Source: Bugula neritina (taxonomy: Eukaryota; Animalia; Bryozoa). From it: a stretch of DNA of 64,000 nt. The stretch lies in contig OZ037765.1 in assembly GCA_964035545.1 (NCBI GenBank), positions 20,522,995-20,586,994 of the forward strand. Reading direction: 5' to 3'. Positions 40,701 to 54,695 of this stretch are shown piece after piece (position 1 is the first letter of the stretch; each line of letters begins with the position of its first letter). The notes beneath the pieces are model-generated. The model did not search any database. It was not told the DNA's origin and saw only the letters and a list, made by a program, of their open reading frames with translations. Made by a program: the position numbers and the translations under genes.

Positions 40701-43700
40701 TGATCTTCATAAAAAATAAATGGACCAAATAGAATTCCAATAAATGAGAAGCAGTAGCAGAAATGCTTTTCCAAAGTGATATCTTGTCTACAGAAAAAAC
40801 AATTTGTAAAAAATACTTACATTAACAAAATGGTATCAGGTGCTAAAATGTTTTTTATGTGAGATGACAATATAAAAAAGCTAACTTCAAACAAATGTAT
40901 AATATAATTAAATGACTTTTGGGCATGGTAACTCATAAAGAAGCTCAAGCAATAAGATACTGGGTGATAAAATCAGTGACAGCAAGTTTGTGTATCATAA
41001 AACTTCATGACAAGAGAAGTCTGCAAAACTCACTTTATAACTCGCTGTTTCTGAAGTTCTGTCAGTTTCTCTTCAGGTTTCGTAGAATCTTGAATAGAAA
41101 AAGCAAGAGACGTCAGTCTCATGGTACCAAGCATCATTGACCTACAACATAGTAAGTAAATTGTGTCTTGTGCAGCAGCATTATTACATATTCTTTAGAG
41201 ACCACAACTTGATTTTTTGCACATGTTAAGAATGGCATATATCCATATATGAAATTGTAGAGGGTTGGTTGACTTTTATCTATATATAGTAAAAGTCTTG
41301 CCATAATCACATTTCAGCATGTAAAACCTGTAAAAAAATAATGCTAAGTAATCCACATGTATAACATTTTGCCGATGTCAGTTAGTAGCTTAGATGTCAG
41401 TTAGTAGCTTAGATGTCAGTTAGTAGCTTAGATGTCAGTTAGTAGCTTAGATGTCAGTTAGTAGCTTAGATGTCAGTTAGTAGCTTAAATGTCAGTCAGT
41501 AGCTTAGATGTCAGTTAGTAGCTTAGATGTCAGTAGCTTAGATGTCAGTTAGTAGCTTAGATGTCAGTTAGTAGCTTAGATGTTAGTTAGTAGCGGAGTA
41601 GCTCTTTAAATTCTAAAATTTTAACAGATTTTTAGTACAACTCGCATTACCTGATGGTATTATTTTGGTAATTAATAAAACCATAAAACAAGCTAAATGC
41701 TGACTTGTGCAGTTGTGTTTGGAAATTCTGTGTCATTATTATTCAGCAATAGTCTTAGAAAGTTGAGATGATTTTTATCACACTTTATATACAACTTCAT
41801 GACATATCCAACTGCTGCGTCTTAGAATGAAAATAGATTATCAAGTCAACTTAACATATCTTCATGTTGTAGCACCCATTATAACAATGAACAAGAAATG
41901 CTGGAAAGAATTGTACTCAAATTTCTTTAGAAATTAGGAGCCTTGTAGAAGACACATTATAGCTCACAAGTGTCATGATGCGCAGATCAGTATTTAATGA
42001 GCCAGCCAAAACACTAGGAACAAAAATAATCATTTATAGCCTCATCAGCACTTATAGCTTATGACCACCACTAAGTATGGATTACTATTGCAGTTGATTG
42101 AAGTATTAAGATACAAGTCTGAAGATGACGCAATGACTCAACTGGAGAAAGGGTTAGTTAGTTGGTTAGTTAGGACACAAATTGTTTTCATGGTAGAAAT
42201 CTCGAAATATTTTTTCCAAAAAAGATATCTAAAAATTTTGAAAACAATTAAAAACTGAACATAGACAACAGAACAAATCTGATGATTGCAAAAAGGCTTT
42301 TTGCAAATCATAACAAAAGCTAACAGTGGATTAATTGAAAAATTTTAAACTATGAATTCCTATATAAGCCACATTGCAAACCATAGTCTTTATAACCTTT
42401 AAGATATTTCCACATTATTAATTTTGAAAGATTTCTATATGATAAGGCACATTTGTTCAGGTGTGTGATTCCAAGATTGAATCCAAATTTATGTGGCAGT
42501 ATTGCTAAGATTTTTTTCCTACAAACTAGTTACCAATGCCACTTCAAGTGTTGGACAATTTTTATGAAGTCTTGTAACACTTCTAGTGAAAAACACCATC
42601 CATGCATATAATGTGAAATTAGATATAGGATCACCAAAATGTTTGCAAATCCAACTTAAGAAAGCACCTACCCTGTGTAGTCTATAGATATGTCTCCATA
42701 TTTGTAAATAAATTTATAAGCATTCACCACTATGACATGGCCATAGAGAATAACAAAAGATATTCTGCAAAAAAAAAAAAATTTAGTTAAACGTTGTTTG
42801 ACAGTTTCTTTAGAAATTGTCTATTTTAGAACAGCTTTAAAGAATGATACATTAAAAGTTTGAAAATAGATTATTGGTAACCAATAACAGCTGTACATTG
42901 GCAGCAACATTAAATCTTACTTGTTATTGCCAATGCTAAAACAATACACCCAATGCATAAAATAGATTTATGAAGCATACTTTCCGAGCTGATGCTTTGG
43001 AACAGTGTGAAGAAGAAAGTATGATATCAGCCATTGTAATATCAACTGGAGAGCAGACCTGAAAATGGCAAATAAAGTAAAATTTATACATTATAAAATA
43101 AATATGATCCAAAATATGTTATTTAATAAATACGATTTTTAAAAGATGGGTAAAGTTATACGATAAACAATAACTCAGTTTAAGATAATCTACGTCTTGC
43201 TATATTCCTGAAAAAAAGAGCCACTTCAAATGTATATAGCAAATTCTTAAAGTAATGAATTCATAGTTTTTATGAATAGTGTGGAACTTGGCTAAAAAGA
43301 AACTAGTGTTACAATTAAGTTCTTTTCTTACCATTGATAGCATATTAGTATGGTGGCGAGACCTAATATGGCAGAAACTCTGTGTTTGGATAACCACAAA
43401 CTCTTCTCACTTGAGTTATATTTACTAAACCAGTGAGCTATAGGTAGTGTCCCTAAATGTGTCCCCAATATAATCACCTAAACAATATCCAAAGCTGTTT
43501 AAAATCATCCATTGGTGATTAGTGAAGTTACCGATATACACACACTAGGTTATGGCACATCTAAGCTACTGTGAAACAACAGTTGCAGAGCTGATCAGGC
43601 TATCCTTCATGGATATGGCCAATGCACAATGACAAGCTATTTCAGGAACCATTAGAGTAGCCTAGAACCTAAATAGAAATGCTTTGCTACCCAATTTTGT

Positions 43701-44283
43701 CACAGTTGCCTATTCAGCTATGTAATAAATTCTTTATACAGTTGGAATTACTTTGCAATGAGATCTGTTGATACGAAGAAATACATTTTCTCTTCTCAAA
43801 ACCAGGATGATAAGCAGAGTCTCTGCATTCCCCACTTGACAGCCATGAAGCTGAGTAGGCTTCACAGTAGTGATTGCATGACCAATGGATGCAAAAATGT
43901 TGCGCGGCAACGCCTTATTATGTATAGAAGCTATGTGGTTTCGAGCATTGCATAAACGTGATTATAGTTGACAACTATGATAATTACCAATTTTGAATTT
44001 ACTACATTGTCTGAAATACTATTTTATTTGACAGAAATCAAACATGTTGTATTGAGCAAAATCTACTTGAAATTAGTAAGTCATATGTTAATAATTTGGT
44101 ACCAGAAATATTACTAATCATAGCAAGCAACATGATAATTGTAAGTTACATTTAAACTTTTAGAAGAAAAATGAAAATTTAAAAAATATGTTACAACTGT
44201 TTATACTAAAATGTACAAATAAGAAGACAAATTGTTACAGAATGACTTACTGTTGAAACGGGCAAGCTAGTAAGAGTTTCCAT
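34792..44283 (-). CDS. Membrane-bound O-acyltransferase, lysophospholipid acyltransferase MBOAT1/2-like, 12 coding exons, ~447 aa
   Basis: Exons (minus) 44283-44251, 43477-43332, 43058-42981, 42764-42672, 41141-41034, 40787-40649, 39789-39705, 38886-38788, 37495-37413, 37108-36911, 35603-35452, 34921-34792; 1344 nt, in frame. Motifs: MRLTSLAFSIQD, GILFGPF, RYYFAW, WNMFTAKWLRYTCFERL and catalytic His in SALWHGFLPGY. The first exon is the least certain. Confidence 0.9.
35326..35451. repeat. Minisatellite, ~19-20-bp unit, ending in an MBOAT splice donor
   Basis: TATATACTTACTA(TA)AA(C)ATG repeats; the last CTTAC is the GTAAG donor of the exon ending at 35452. Confidence 0.8.
41374..41594. repeat. 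Minisatellite, 19-bp unit x~11
   Basis: GATGTCAGTTAGTAGCTTA repeats in an MBOAT intron. Confidence 0.92.
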
Positions 44284-45699
44284 TGCAAGCTTTGAGTTAT
44301 CCTTCCATTAGAATACCAAGAATTACAGTAAGTTACACTAAAGAACATAAAAATAAGGCATTTAAAAATTAAAAATAAGATTTACTTTAGTTTTCACATC
44401 CTAAAAATACAAAATAAAATACAAAACAGATACCTGCATCTTTTATTAGAACATTTAAAACCATGTATAATTTTAACTCTAGCAGTATTACTTTTTAGCC
44501 TAATAGTGATATCACTAGTGTTATATTTATTGCCAGCCTTAGTAGCATTAGTTTAATATTTAATAGCACGTGTAGTAGAACTTAACTTCAAACAATTTTC
44601 ATTCATAAATAAAAATTAAGAGACTACATCCACATAAACTCTAAATTTAAAACTAAAAAATCAAACTGTAAAACTATCAAAACTGAATCAATTGTAAGTG
44701 TAACAATTTACAGTAGTACTAATCGCACTAGTACTAGTACTAGTGCGATTAGAATTACTAACAGTAACGCTAACAGTAGCGCAGAGCCATCCTCCCGCTT
44801 TCATTTATTATTTACTGCTTTCCTCATTCTGCAAATGTATCCGTCTAATCATTATGATAATCTTAATCTATCTGGTATCTGCACACTGATCTAACTATAA
44901 TACTTACTCATAATGAGACTCATAAATAATAAATTTCATCATGATAATGAGTTTCTACACACTCCTAGTGTCCTACAACTATTGAATTTGATACTGATAA
45001 TCATAATAATACTTATGATGATATTCAATAAATTATATAATCATAATGACAAACACAATCAAATTGACACTAAATTATATATTTGATTCTATTAGCATTA
45101 TAAGTCATATCACTATCACCTACGGCTACTAGTACTAGTAGCACTAGGTGATTCGCATTAAGCCATTGACATTATTACCATCCTTACTATTCATTATTGT
45201 GCTATCAACTAAGCCTAATAGTAATGGTAATACTAATTAATAATAAGTAATTAACTAAAAAGTCATTGATACATTATCATATTATTATATAATTTATAAT
45301 AATAATTATATTCATCTTGATTTTGAAGTTGACATTTTATTTTCTGTCATTGTTAGAGTCAGTAGGAGTGTCCCATTAGTAATCACAAATGCGGTGATTA
45401 CTATTCCTAATGGGACACTCCCACTGACACTCACACTAACAATGACAGGTTAGACTTACTCTTAGAGTTAGTCATTCCGAATCCGATGTGAAACTGAAAG
45501 TGAATGCTAAAACTAAAAGTAAAATCATTTCACCTAATTTCGAATAAACTTATTTGAAAAATTGTTTTTATTATCAATTCAAGAGTGCAAGACAATTGGG
45601 AACATAAAAAGCTTGAATTAATGTTGGAAAAAGGGAAATTAGCCTACAGATGAAACTTGAGAGTCATCTATTTCTAAGATGAAATACCAGTTTCAATAT

Positions 45700-46130
45700 A
45701 ATTATGACAATTACAGTCTTTTCGCCTTAACAAGGTGCTCTACACGCCCCAACTATGGATGTTGTTCATATTAGGCCAATTCTAGAGGAGAGAAGCTTTG
45801 TATAAACAAGCGGCAGGCAACGATATTATGCGGTCTGAGTAGTCCGTGATATTTAGCTCGAGTAAACTTGGGCGAGTAAGCTTTAAGGCGGCTGCTTAGT
45901 TGTAGTTAACTGACCTTGAACTTGGGGTTAGTTGGTACAATAGACTAAATTTCAAGACACGTTTTACACACAAGCGCTTTTCAAAGAATACTTAGCGGCT
46001 AGAAAAGCATTTGAGCAAAGCCATTTGTACCTCCCCACCATCTATTAACCTTGAATAAATTTTGCTACTCGGTCTATTTCTCAATAATTATAAACTTGAA
46101 AGTATAACAGGCAGAGACTGCAAGTGTAAG
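45700..46130. promoter_or_regulatory. Probable bidirectional promoter region between MBOAT (-) and IDE (+)
   Basis: Locally CpG/GC-richer segment with CCAAT (~45776) between divergent genes, flanked by candidate first-exon donors at 45459 (-) and 46126 (+). Inferred, with no transcript data. Confidence 0.45.
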
Positions 46131-46319
46131 CCAACAACTACACCACCAATTTTTGTAGCAACAGGCGCAATGCCAGTGACAATTTCAATTACAATAACAA
46201 TTTCATAAGCTACACTTAGATACTAACTACTTCAGTTAACGCGAATGCTCAATGTTTTATTGTATTCACTTTTGGCATTAAATTTAATCATTATGATTAT
46301 GATTATCATAAATTAAAAG

Positions 46320-46545
46320 TAAAAGTACTACTACGTCTACTAGTACTAATACTACTACTAGTAGTAGTGCTAGTAGTAGTAGTAGTACTAGTTGTACTAG
46401 TACTAGTTGTACTAGTACTAGTAGTACTGCTACTTATAGTTATACTAATAGTAATACTACTACTACTACTACTAGTAGTAGTAGTAGTAGCTGTAGTGTA
46501 GTGGTACTACGTCTACTAGTAGTAGTACTAGTACTAGTAGTACTC
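46320..46545. repeat. (TAG/TAC/ACT)n low-complexity array
   Basis: ACTACTAGTAGTAGTACTAGT-type self-complementary trinucleotide tract; related tracts at 63280-63600. Confidence 0.85.
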
Positions 46546-47038
46546 AGTTTGTGCTCACTTAATAACTAATGAGTAGTCAGTCCTAATGACCAATCATCTT
46601 ATGAGTATGAGTATCACTCTATCAGTATCACTTATGACTAGGTTAAACTTCATGTTTTTTTTTTTTAATTTTGTTACTAATCCTAACAGGTTCCAGTTGG
46701 ACTTACAGTGAGTAGGAGCTTGTCTGATTAAAATGTAGTTTCTAATCAAATTCAAATAGCCTGATTCAGTTATTTGTAGTTGTTGGATTAAGAATTGCTA
46801 AGAGTAAGTCTAAGCTGCACAACGGTCATAATGATATAGCTTAGAGTTGGTTATAACTAAAATTTATTTAACACTAACAGTAGGAACACTCTGGCAACAC
46901 CTAATGGTGCATATTCCATGGGTGTCTCTTGTGCTGTTTTTGTTTGGGTTCATCATATTTTGGAATAAATTTATTCTTATTCTAGCATTTAGCTAAGTTT
47001 TAAATTTTTAGCTGAGAGGTATAGGGTTTTGCACATAG

Positions 47039-47600
47039 CTAAGCTGAGTTTGTATTATGAGGGGATATTATCAGATCTCTAATGCTTGGAGGAAGAAAAC
47101 TGTTGCGACCCGTCTGTGATGATGCAGAAATTGATGTTAGTTCTCCTCTCTTAGCAGATTGAATGCTAAACTTAATTAACCAATTTGAGTTTGATAGTTC
47201 ATTATAAGCAGATGGAAGAATTTTGTAATGATCTTCATATAAGAGTATTCTCACTGAGAAAGTTAATCTGTTGTCTTTTCACCAGCTTGAAAGACTTATG
47301 CTGTAACACGCTGGTGCCATATCTCCCTTTGAGGTTAGCAATAAACTTGACGGCTTGTTTTTAGACATGTTCAATTTCCTTACAAGTGATTTTTTTAGTT
47401 GGATCCTACCATTCTTGTATATAGGAGTCGTGTTGGTAGTCACCTAGGAGCACACTTTGTTTTAAGAGAGCAAAGTAGACATGCTGAATACTTTCTGCAT
47501 TGATATTAGGGTTTCTTAGTATTTGGAATTTGTGAATCTGGCCTGAGCCTGGCAGTTTATTATTTTTAGGTCCATAATAAGTTGTTTAGCACCCTTCTAT
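47039..47600 (-). mobile_element. Degenerate non-LTR retrotransposon (LINE ORF2 C-terminal remnant)
   Basis: Minus-strand translation across stops and frameshifts gives W*DPTKK...EIEHV*KQAVKFI and GRNSFLPPSIRDL, resembling the WDP...LE.VQ..A.RF and SFFPR.IRDWN motifs typical of the 3' end of LINE ORF2. Confidence 0.6.
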
Positions 47601-49432
47601 GTAATTAGAAATTGTTCTGTTTGTGCTGACAGAAGTGGAAGTTCTGGGATATTTTCTTGGTTGTTTTATTTTGTTTTATATTGAATTATTTATTATTTAT
47701 AAACTTATTTTTTGTTGATTGAAATATTAATGTATGTATATTAAATTTAAGATTGCATGGTATATCACACATTAATATTTATATGTTAACACTAAACCTC
47801 AATCGGTACTTGTAGTCATTTAACTCGAAAAAAATAACTGGAGGTAGTAAATGAAGTTGGTAGTTGTATGCTGGCAGTTGAAATTTGAGTTGTGTGTTGG
47901 TAAAACTAATTTATTGCTGAGAAGTGCGAATACCAATGTTTAAAGGCTAGGCTTGAATGTTAGCCAGAGTTTAAGGTTAAAAGTTTAAGAAACAACTTGA
48001 TATTTTGAAGTAATGCTGTTAGTGGAACACTGCTACTTATTTTAAGTGTAACAGCGACTACTCGTGACCCTAACACTAACTTGTGTTTTGTGGCTAAGAG
48101 TAAGTAAAAGCTATCAAGTATTAAGTTAAATCTGAATTCAAGTGATAAATTTAAAGTACAGTAAATGTAAGTCAAACATATGCGTTTCACGAGTAGAAAA
48201 TAAAATAGTTCATTATAAAGATTTTTACTCAAATTTATCAGATCATTTCCATGAAGATTATGTAATTTCAGGCTGCACCTGCATCAACATGATTAGCCAA
48301 CCCTATAAAATCTAGTCAATGTAAAAACGTTTGACATTAAATTTTAAAAAATTTTAGATTGTCACTTTGATTGATAAAATTATGGGAAAATGCAAATATT
48401 AAAGCTTAATAATCATAAAACTTAAATTCATGAGTGATAGATGTGTTTACTGTAATCTGCTGCTATTTTGCATCTCGAAAGTACAATTTTTAAAACCTAA
48501 CTAAATCTGTAATCAACTGCAGATAATAGTATCCTAGCATTGTTTTTATTTCCTTATAAAAATATGGGTATATTTACATATGAAGGTTATATCTGTCTAA
48601 TAAATGTAGACTTATAGACTTTGTTTTATTCCATTTTGGTCATCAAACTTTGTTTAACATCAATGCTTTTCTTTGTAAGAAATTTTATATTTTTTTTTAA
48701 ATTTGTGATGTATGATGTTAAATTACGTATGAACTTCATTGAATTGAAATCTTACCTTAACCTTTATGAAAACTTTTTGCATTTCATGTTAAAAAATAGA
48801 ACTTTCTGATTAGGTATCCACTTATTGCCTTTAAAGATGCTGACTTTGTGTTTTTATGGTAGATTCTATAAGCATTTACTAGTAAATTGTTATCTGATAT
48901 TTAACTTGGTTTTAGGGTGTGGTTTGCAAACAGAGGAATACATACTTGTATGTTCAGGCTATGCAACCATTTGATCTCTAGGGGACACAGCAAATTTTTG
49001 TTCTTATCAAGGTTAGTCTTCCATTTATCTTATGTACTATTCACTTATACACGTTTAGAAGTTGAATGTGCGTTGCCTTCTAATTTTTTTGTGCAAGTTT
49101 TGATTCACTGTGAGTGTATTATAATTGGATGAAATAGTCACAACTTAATTTAATCATATATAATCATATTTCAGCGATCAACGTGGCATTCAATAAATCA
49201 AAAAGTCATTTTTCACAATTTTTTGTGACAGGAGTTTAACAATTAATAGTAATATTTGATAGCTAGAGAATGCTTCACAGTGGTAGATGTCCTTTGGTAG
49301 GTTGAACTCTGTCAAATAGTGATGAAATTCCTGCCTATGACATCTAGTATTAACTCACAGTATTCTTGTATTGTGTATATATACGTCTGTTTTAGCGGTT
49401 GCATTTTATTCATTTGTAGATATTCTACAGAG

Positions 49433-52400
49433 ATGTCTCACTTACATCCAACAATCGACACCATCACTGATAATGTCACCATCCCAGACCTTGATAACAG
49501 GAAGTATAGAGCCCTGAAACTGAAGAATGAGATGAAGATATTGATCATCAGCGATCCCAACACCGACAAGTCTGCTGCAGCCATGAATGTTCACATTGGT
49601 AATCAGTTATTTCTCTCTTTTTAATGCTTTGTAATTTGTATTAAAAATATGTAGTTTTTAGTCTCTGCTTTTGTCACTTTATCTAGTTAAATTTGCCGAG
49701 TCATCTTTTTCTAAGATTACGAAATTCCATGCCATAAAGTGTCAAAGATAGTATGCTATTGTATAGCAGTATCTCCTTGATGCCTGAACTACAGATATAC
49801 TTTTTTCTTAATGTGGTGAATAAGTTACAAGTGATGTTAATGCGGTACCAAAAATTTAGCTTGAGTTTTGGATCATGGGCTGTGTAACTCACAAGGGCCT
49901 ATTTAGTAAATATCCAATACTATTTCGTAGCTACTTTTCGTAATTGATTGAAATTTTCTCCTCACTAATTAATGGCAGTTTTTTCCTCTACATCTAACTT
50001 GTGTGAGAAGGCACTCACAAAATTTTAGCTTAAGTGTAAAAATCTAGAAACATTATAACAACTCACGATTAGTGTAGCATATTTATTAGTCAGCTGTGAG
50101 TAGCAAGGTTGTCAGAATTAGGTTAATACTATGCTTCATTTCACTGTGAAATGCTGACACACTGAATGTGAACTGACACATGTAGACTGTAATGTTAAGA
50201 GCTCTTATTTTTGAACAAGCTTCACGAAAGCACAGAAGCTGTTCATTAGTATATGTTAAGTAAAAACATTTATATAATTTCATTAATTAAAGGAGCTGTC
50301 TGCTGGCTAACTAATCTGTGTGACCGAATTTATGAAATTTTGTTATTTCCAAGCACTGTTAGACAGTTTTAATAGATTTTTGCTATAAAGTTGATGTAAT
50401 ATGAATATTCCATTTTCTTCCTGTAGTTGTAGGTTAATTCATTTAGGTGTAATGGTTGTAATCTAATTCGTCACCAGCCAACATTCACTATGTCAATATT
50501 AACTACGTAGTTATGTAGATATAGGGAAAGATAGTGTAGAGATAAAAAGTGCCATATTACAAACTTCGCAAAACTAATGTGCCTGTAGTAGGTTTTAAGT
50601 TTTAAGCATTTGAATCCAGCACCTTTCTCGCCTTCTGCACTACCTGGCAGCTGATTCGCTGCAGTTGAGGTGTTATGGAGTTGAAATTATTATTTATAAT
50701 CATGTCTATTTCAGAATTCTGGAACAGCTATTATGTTTATATGTGTAAATATACTATGCAACTGTGAATTCCAGGCACGATGAGCGATCCCGTTGCTATA
50801 CCTGGAATGGCGCACTTGTGTGAGCATATGGTCTTTCTTGGAAGTCAAAAGGTAACCTTTAGAAAACATTAGATTGGCTTTAGTTATACTGCGTATCAAG
50901 CTATGATTTTCACAGCTGTAGTGCTAACAACTATGATAACACACTGTGTTTCCCAGGTGCCAAGTATCTTCTTAGTCAAAACACTGTTGTTTTTTTTCAT
51001 AACCAGCCATTGCCTTGTTAAAATGAAATTATGTTACAACTTGTTAGAGTTTTCACATAAGTCATAATATCTGCCAATTGTCTTAAGTGGTTCCTTTTTA
51101 TTAATTCCATATTTGTTACTTTGTTGTATTATCAAAACAGTAGGTATACATTTTATTTTATAGGAGCAATCACATTATTTTTTATAACTCGTGTTTATTT
51201 ATTTTATCAGTGTTTTATGTTATTTTAACTTCACAATCATTAAATCCAGTAGTCTCATAGTTTCTGTGTGTTCTATGCAACAATTTAGTGTTTATAGTTA
51301 TGTTTTGCAACTGTTTGTTGATTACTCATCTTGGCATTTCTTTATATCAATTCCTTCTTTTTTCACTCATGGAACTTAATCAATATAAAAAATTGTATAT
51401 TGTACATGGCTTAAGCACAAAAATAACCATAAAGTTGTTCTAGATTTTCATATTATCCAATCAAACACATATCACTATTTGTTTTATATATTCGATTTGA
51501 TTAAAGCTGCCAACTGCTATAGAATTTGCATTAATTAGCAGTCTATGTCGATGATATGAAAGAAACTGTCCTTAAATTCAAATTTTGTCTGTTTATTTGC
51601 AAGCAATATAGATATTGAATTTTTTGGTAGAAATAAAGGCAAATGAAATGCATACATAAATAATGACCTTGCTCCGCTCTTCATAATAACTGCATTCCTA
51701 TAGCAATCTTTCTGCATTCTCCACAGTATCCAGGGGAGAACATGTATGCCGATTTTATTACATCACATGGCGGGAGTACAAACGCATTCACTGATTTGGA
51801 AGACACAAACTTTCACTTTGAGATTGCTCCGACTCAATTTAAGGAAGCTCTAGACATGTGAGTGATATGCTGTTGGCTTCTGTTTTCGCTGCTGAATTCT
51901 TACCAGTTTGAGTTGTATGATTATAAAGTTTAAGAATTCGGCAATGTTTAATATTGTTATAGTCATCTTTTAAATTGCAAAAGAAAATGAGATAATATTA
52001 TCTAGGAGTCAACATGAATGTACATGAGATTATTCTGTTTAGATTCTCTCAATTCTTCATCTGTCCATTATTTACGGAGTCAGCAACTGAGAGGGAATTA
52101 AACGCTGTCGACCACGAAAATGAAAAGAACATACAGAACGATGCGTGGAGGCTGCATCAGCTGGAACACTCCCTCTCGAAGCCTGGACACGACTTTCACA
52201 AATTTGGAACTGGTTAGTGCCAGAATTTTCTGTTATTGGTGTAGAAATGATTTGCTCTACCTGCCTTTTGTTTTCTATTTTGTAATTTTAAATGTTGGCA
52301 ACATAATTTGTTTAGACTGAAGATGCAAATTTGGTACATAGTCTAGTATGCAATAAATCATTACTGAAAACTATGTACAGCTTATAGTACTGGGGAATTT

Positions 52401-54633
52401 TTTTAGTAAGCATAGTTTACCCACATGTGGAGCGTAACCATGGTAACCCTATAAATTATGCTTTGTTAAAGTTTCACTCTTGAAATAGGCTGTATCTAGA
52501 TATCTAAATATAGAGTTAGTGTAGGTTTGCCTGAGGAATTGGCAAAGAAATGTTATGGTTGTCTGCAATGTATCTAACTTTAGATTTTTGCTTGCCATAT
52601 CCTGTTTCACAGTGAATTATTACAGCCACTATTCTATAAGCGTTTAGTCTGATTTATCCTTTAATCTGTTACACTCCAGTTGCATTTCAGCCTGCAGGTG
52701 GTTGCAGTTATTTCTATTATAACACGGTGCAGATTTCTTGTTGTTTTGCCATTTATTGGCAACCAATGCCTCTTCTGAAGTGTAGTGTTCAGTAGATGAG
52801 TACAATATATGCAATATATGCAATCATATCTCTCAATATGAGTGCATTTATTAAAATTTACATAATTTATGTGACAACTATGTGTGTGTAAGTGGGGAGT
52901 CTAACTTTATTTTGATGATACAGATTATTTTTGAAAGCGATATAACCCATTTCAGACAAGCTATGATGTGTGGATGTTATATGTATCTCAGGTAACAAAC
53001 AAACGCTCTGGACAACCCCAAGGGAGAAAGGTATAGATACACGTGACGAACTGCTCAAGTTCCATAGCAAGTACTACTCTTCCAATGTCATGGGTCTTGC
53101 AATTCTGTGCAAAGGTTAGTTGAGAGGGTTATGTTTGTTCTGAAATATGGATTTAATTATAAATTGTCAGCAGAATAATATCATGTGACATTTTGAAGCA
53201 GACAAAAAATTTGATTTACATCAACCTGTTTGCATAATCATTTTGGCTATCATGTAATAAAAAGTTATCATTTTGTTCTAAACTTGAAAATGAAAATGGA
53301 ATACAAAATAACAAAAAGAAAAAAATCATATGAATTTGCCTCAACAACAAGTACACGTTTTTTTACGGGTGATTAAAACAAAAGTTTACTCTGCAGTTTC
53401 ACTTTCTGTAATGTTTTATATGCATGTATGATGTTATGTTACTCTAGAGCCTTTGGACGAGATGACCAGGTACGTGTGTGAGCTGTTTGGTAACACAGTC
53501 AATAAGAAGGTAAAGGCTCCAATGTGGTCTGAGCACCCATATGGCATTGACCAACTAAAGAGACGCGTGTTTGCTGTCCCAATTAAGGATACAAGGAAAC
53601 TGGAATTGCTGTGGCCATGTGACTATTTGCATCAATGGTGGGAGTCAAGGGTAAGGTCAAAGTTCATATTACCTTCGTGGGGGAGGCTGGGGTTGTACAT
53701 ACCTTGATCAGATGCTGCTATTCTATGACCATACTGTCACCAGGCTTTAAGACAAGGATATTGTTGTGATTTTATTTTCGATGTTTCTAATATTCAATTA
53801 ATTTAGGGTAAAGCTGATAAGAGCAGGGTTGTAATTGTAATTAGTTGTAATTAATTACATTTTTTTCAAGTAATTGAATGTAATTTGTAATTGATGTATA
53901 AAATGTAATTGTAATTAATTACATTGCTAATGTAATTGAATTTTACAGTTACTTTATAATTACATAACAATTACTTCAAATTTTTAAATCTTATAAAATT
54001 AATTACATTCATATGTAATTGACCCCAACCCTGGATAAGAGTTATTTGTTTGAATAATTTCATGGTAATGTGATCTTTGAACATACCAAAAGCACAGTCA
54101 TGGGAATTTCTTGTCACCAAAATCAGGTTAATTTGGTAAATGAAGAATCTGTAACTTCGTCTTACCAATGTTAGAACGGAATGGTTTTATGTAATTAATA
54201 TATTAAATGATCAAAAGTCTTTCTTGCAAAATGCATCCCTGGTACATATATGCTTATATTGGTAATTAAAACTTTGAAAAACAGTTTTTTTCAAAACAAT
54301 TTCCTACCCTAAAAAAATTTATAAGATAAAATTTGGCAATTAGAATGCTTCTTGTAGTCTTATAATATATAGTGAAGCTGTTAAACAGTAAAACTGTATC
54401 AAGTTATTTATATGTGTTTAGCCTGACCACTATTTGGGACACTTGCTTGGACATGAGGGGCCGGGCAGCTTACTCTCCGCACTCAAAGCTAGAAGTTGGG
54501 TCAACAGTATATGTGCTGGTGGGAAAGGAGGTGCTACTGGCTTCTCATTCATGTCCTTAAGTGTAGATCTGACAGAGAGTGGTTTGGGTAAGTTGTGTCT
54601 CATCTCCCCCCCCTCTCTCTCCCCCCTCTCTCT

Positions 54634-54695
<62 letters not shown>

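Noticed and set aside
44297-44308. uORF ATG GAA GGA TAA upstream of the MBOAT ATG
   Set aside because: A likely splice acceptor (GGAAG|) falls inside it, so the upstream ATG is probably intronic.
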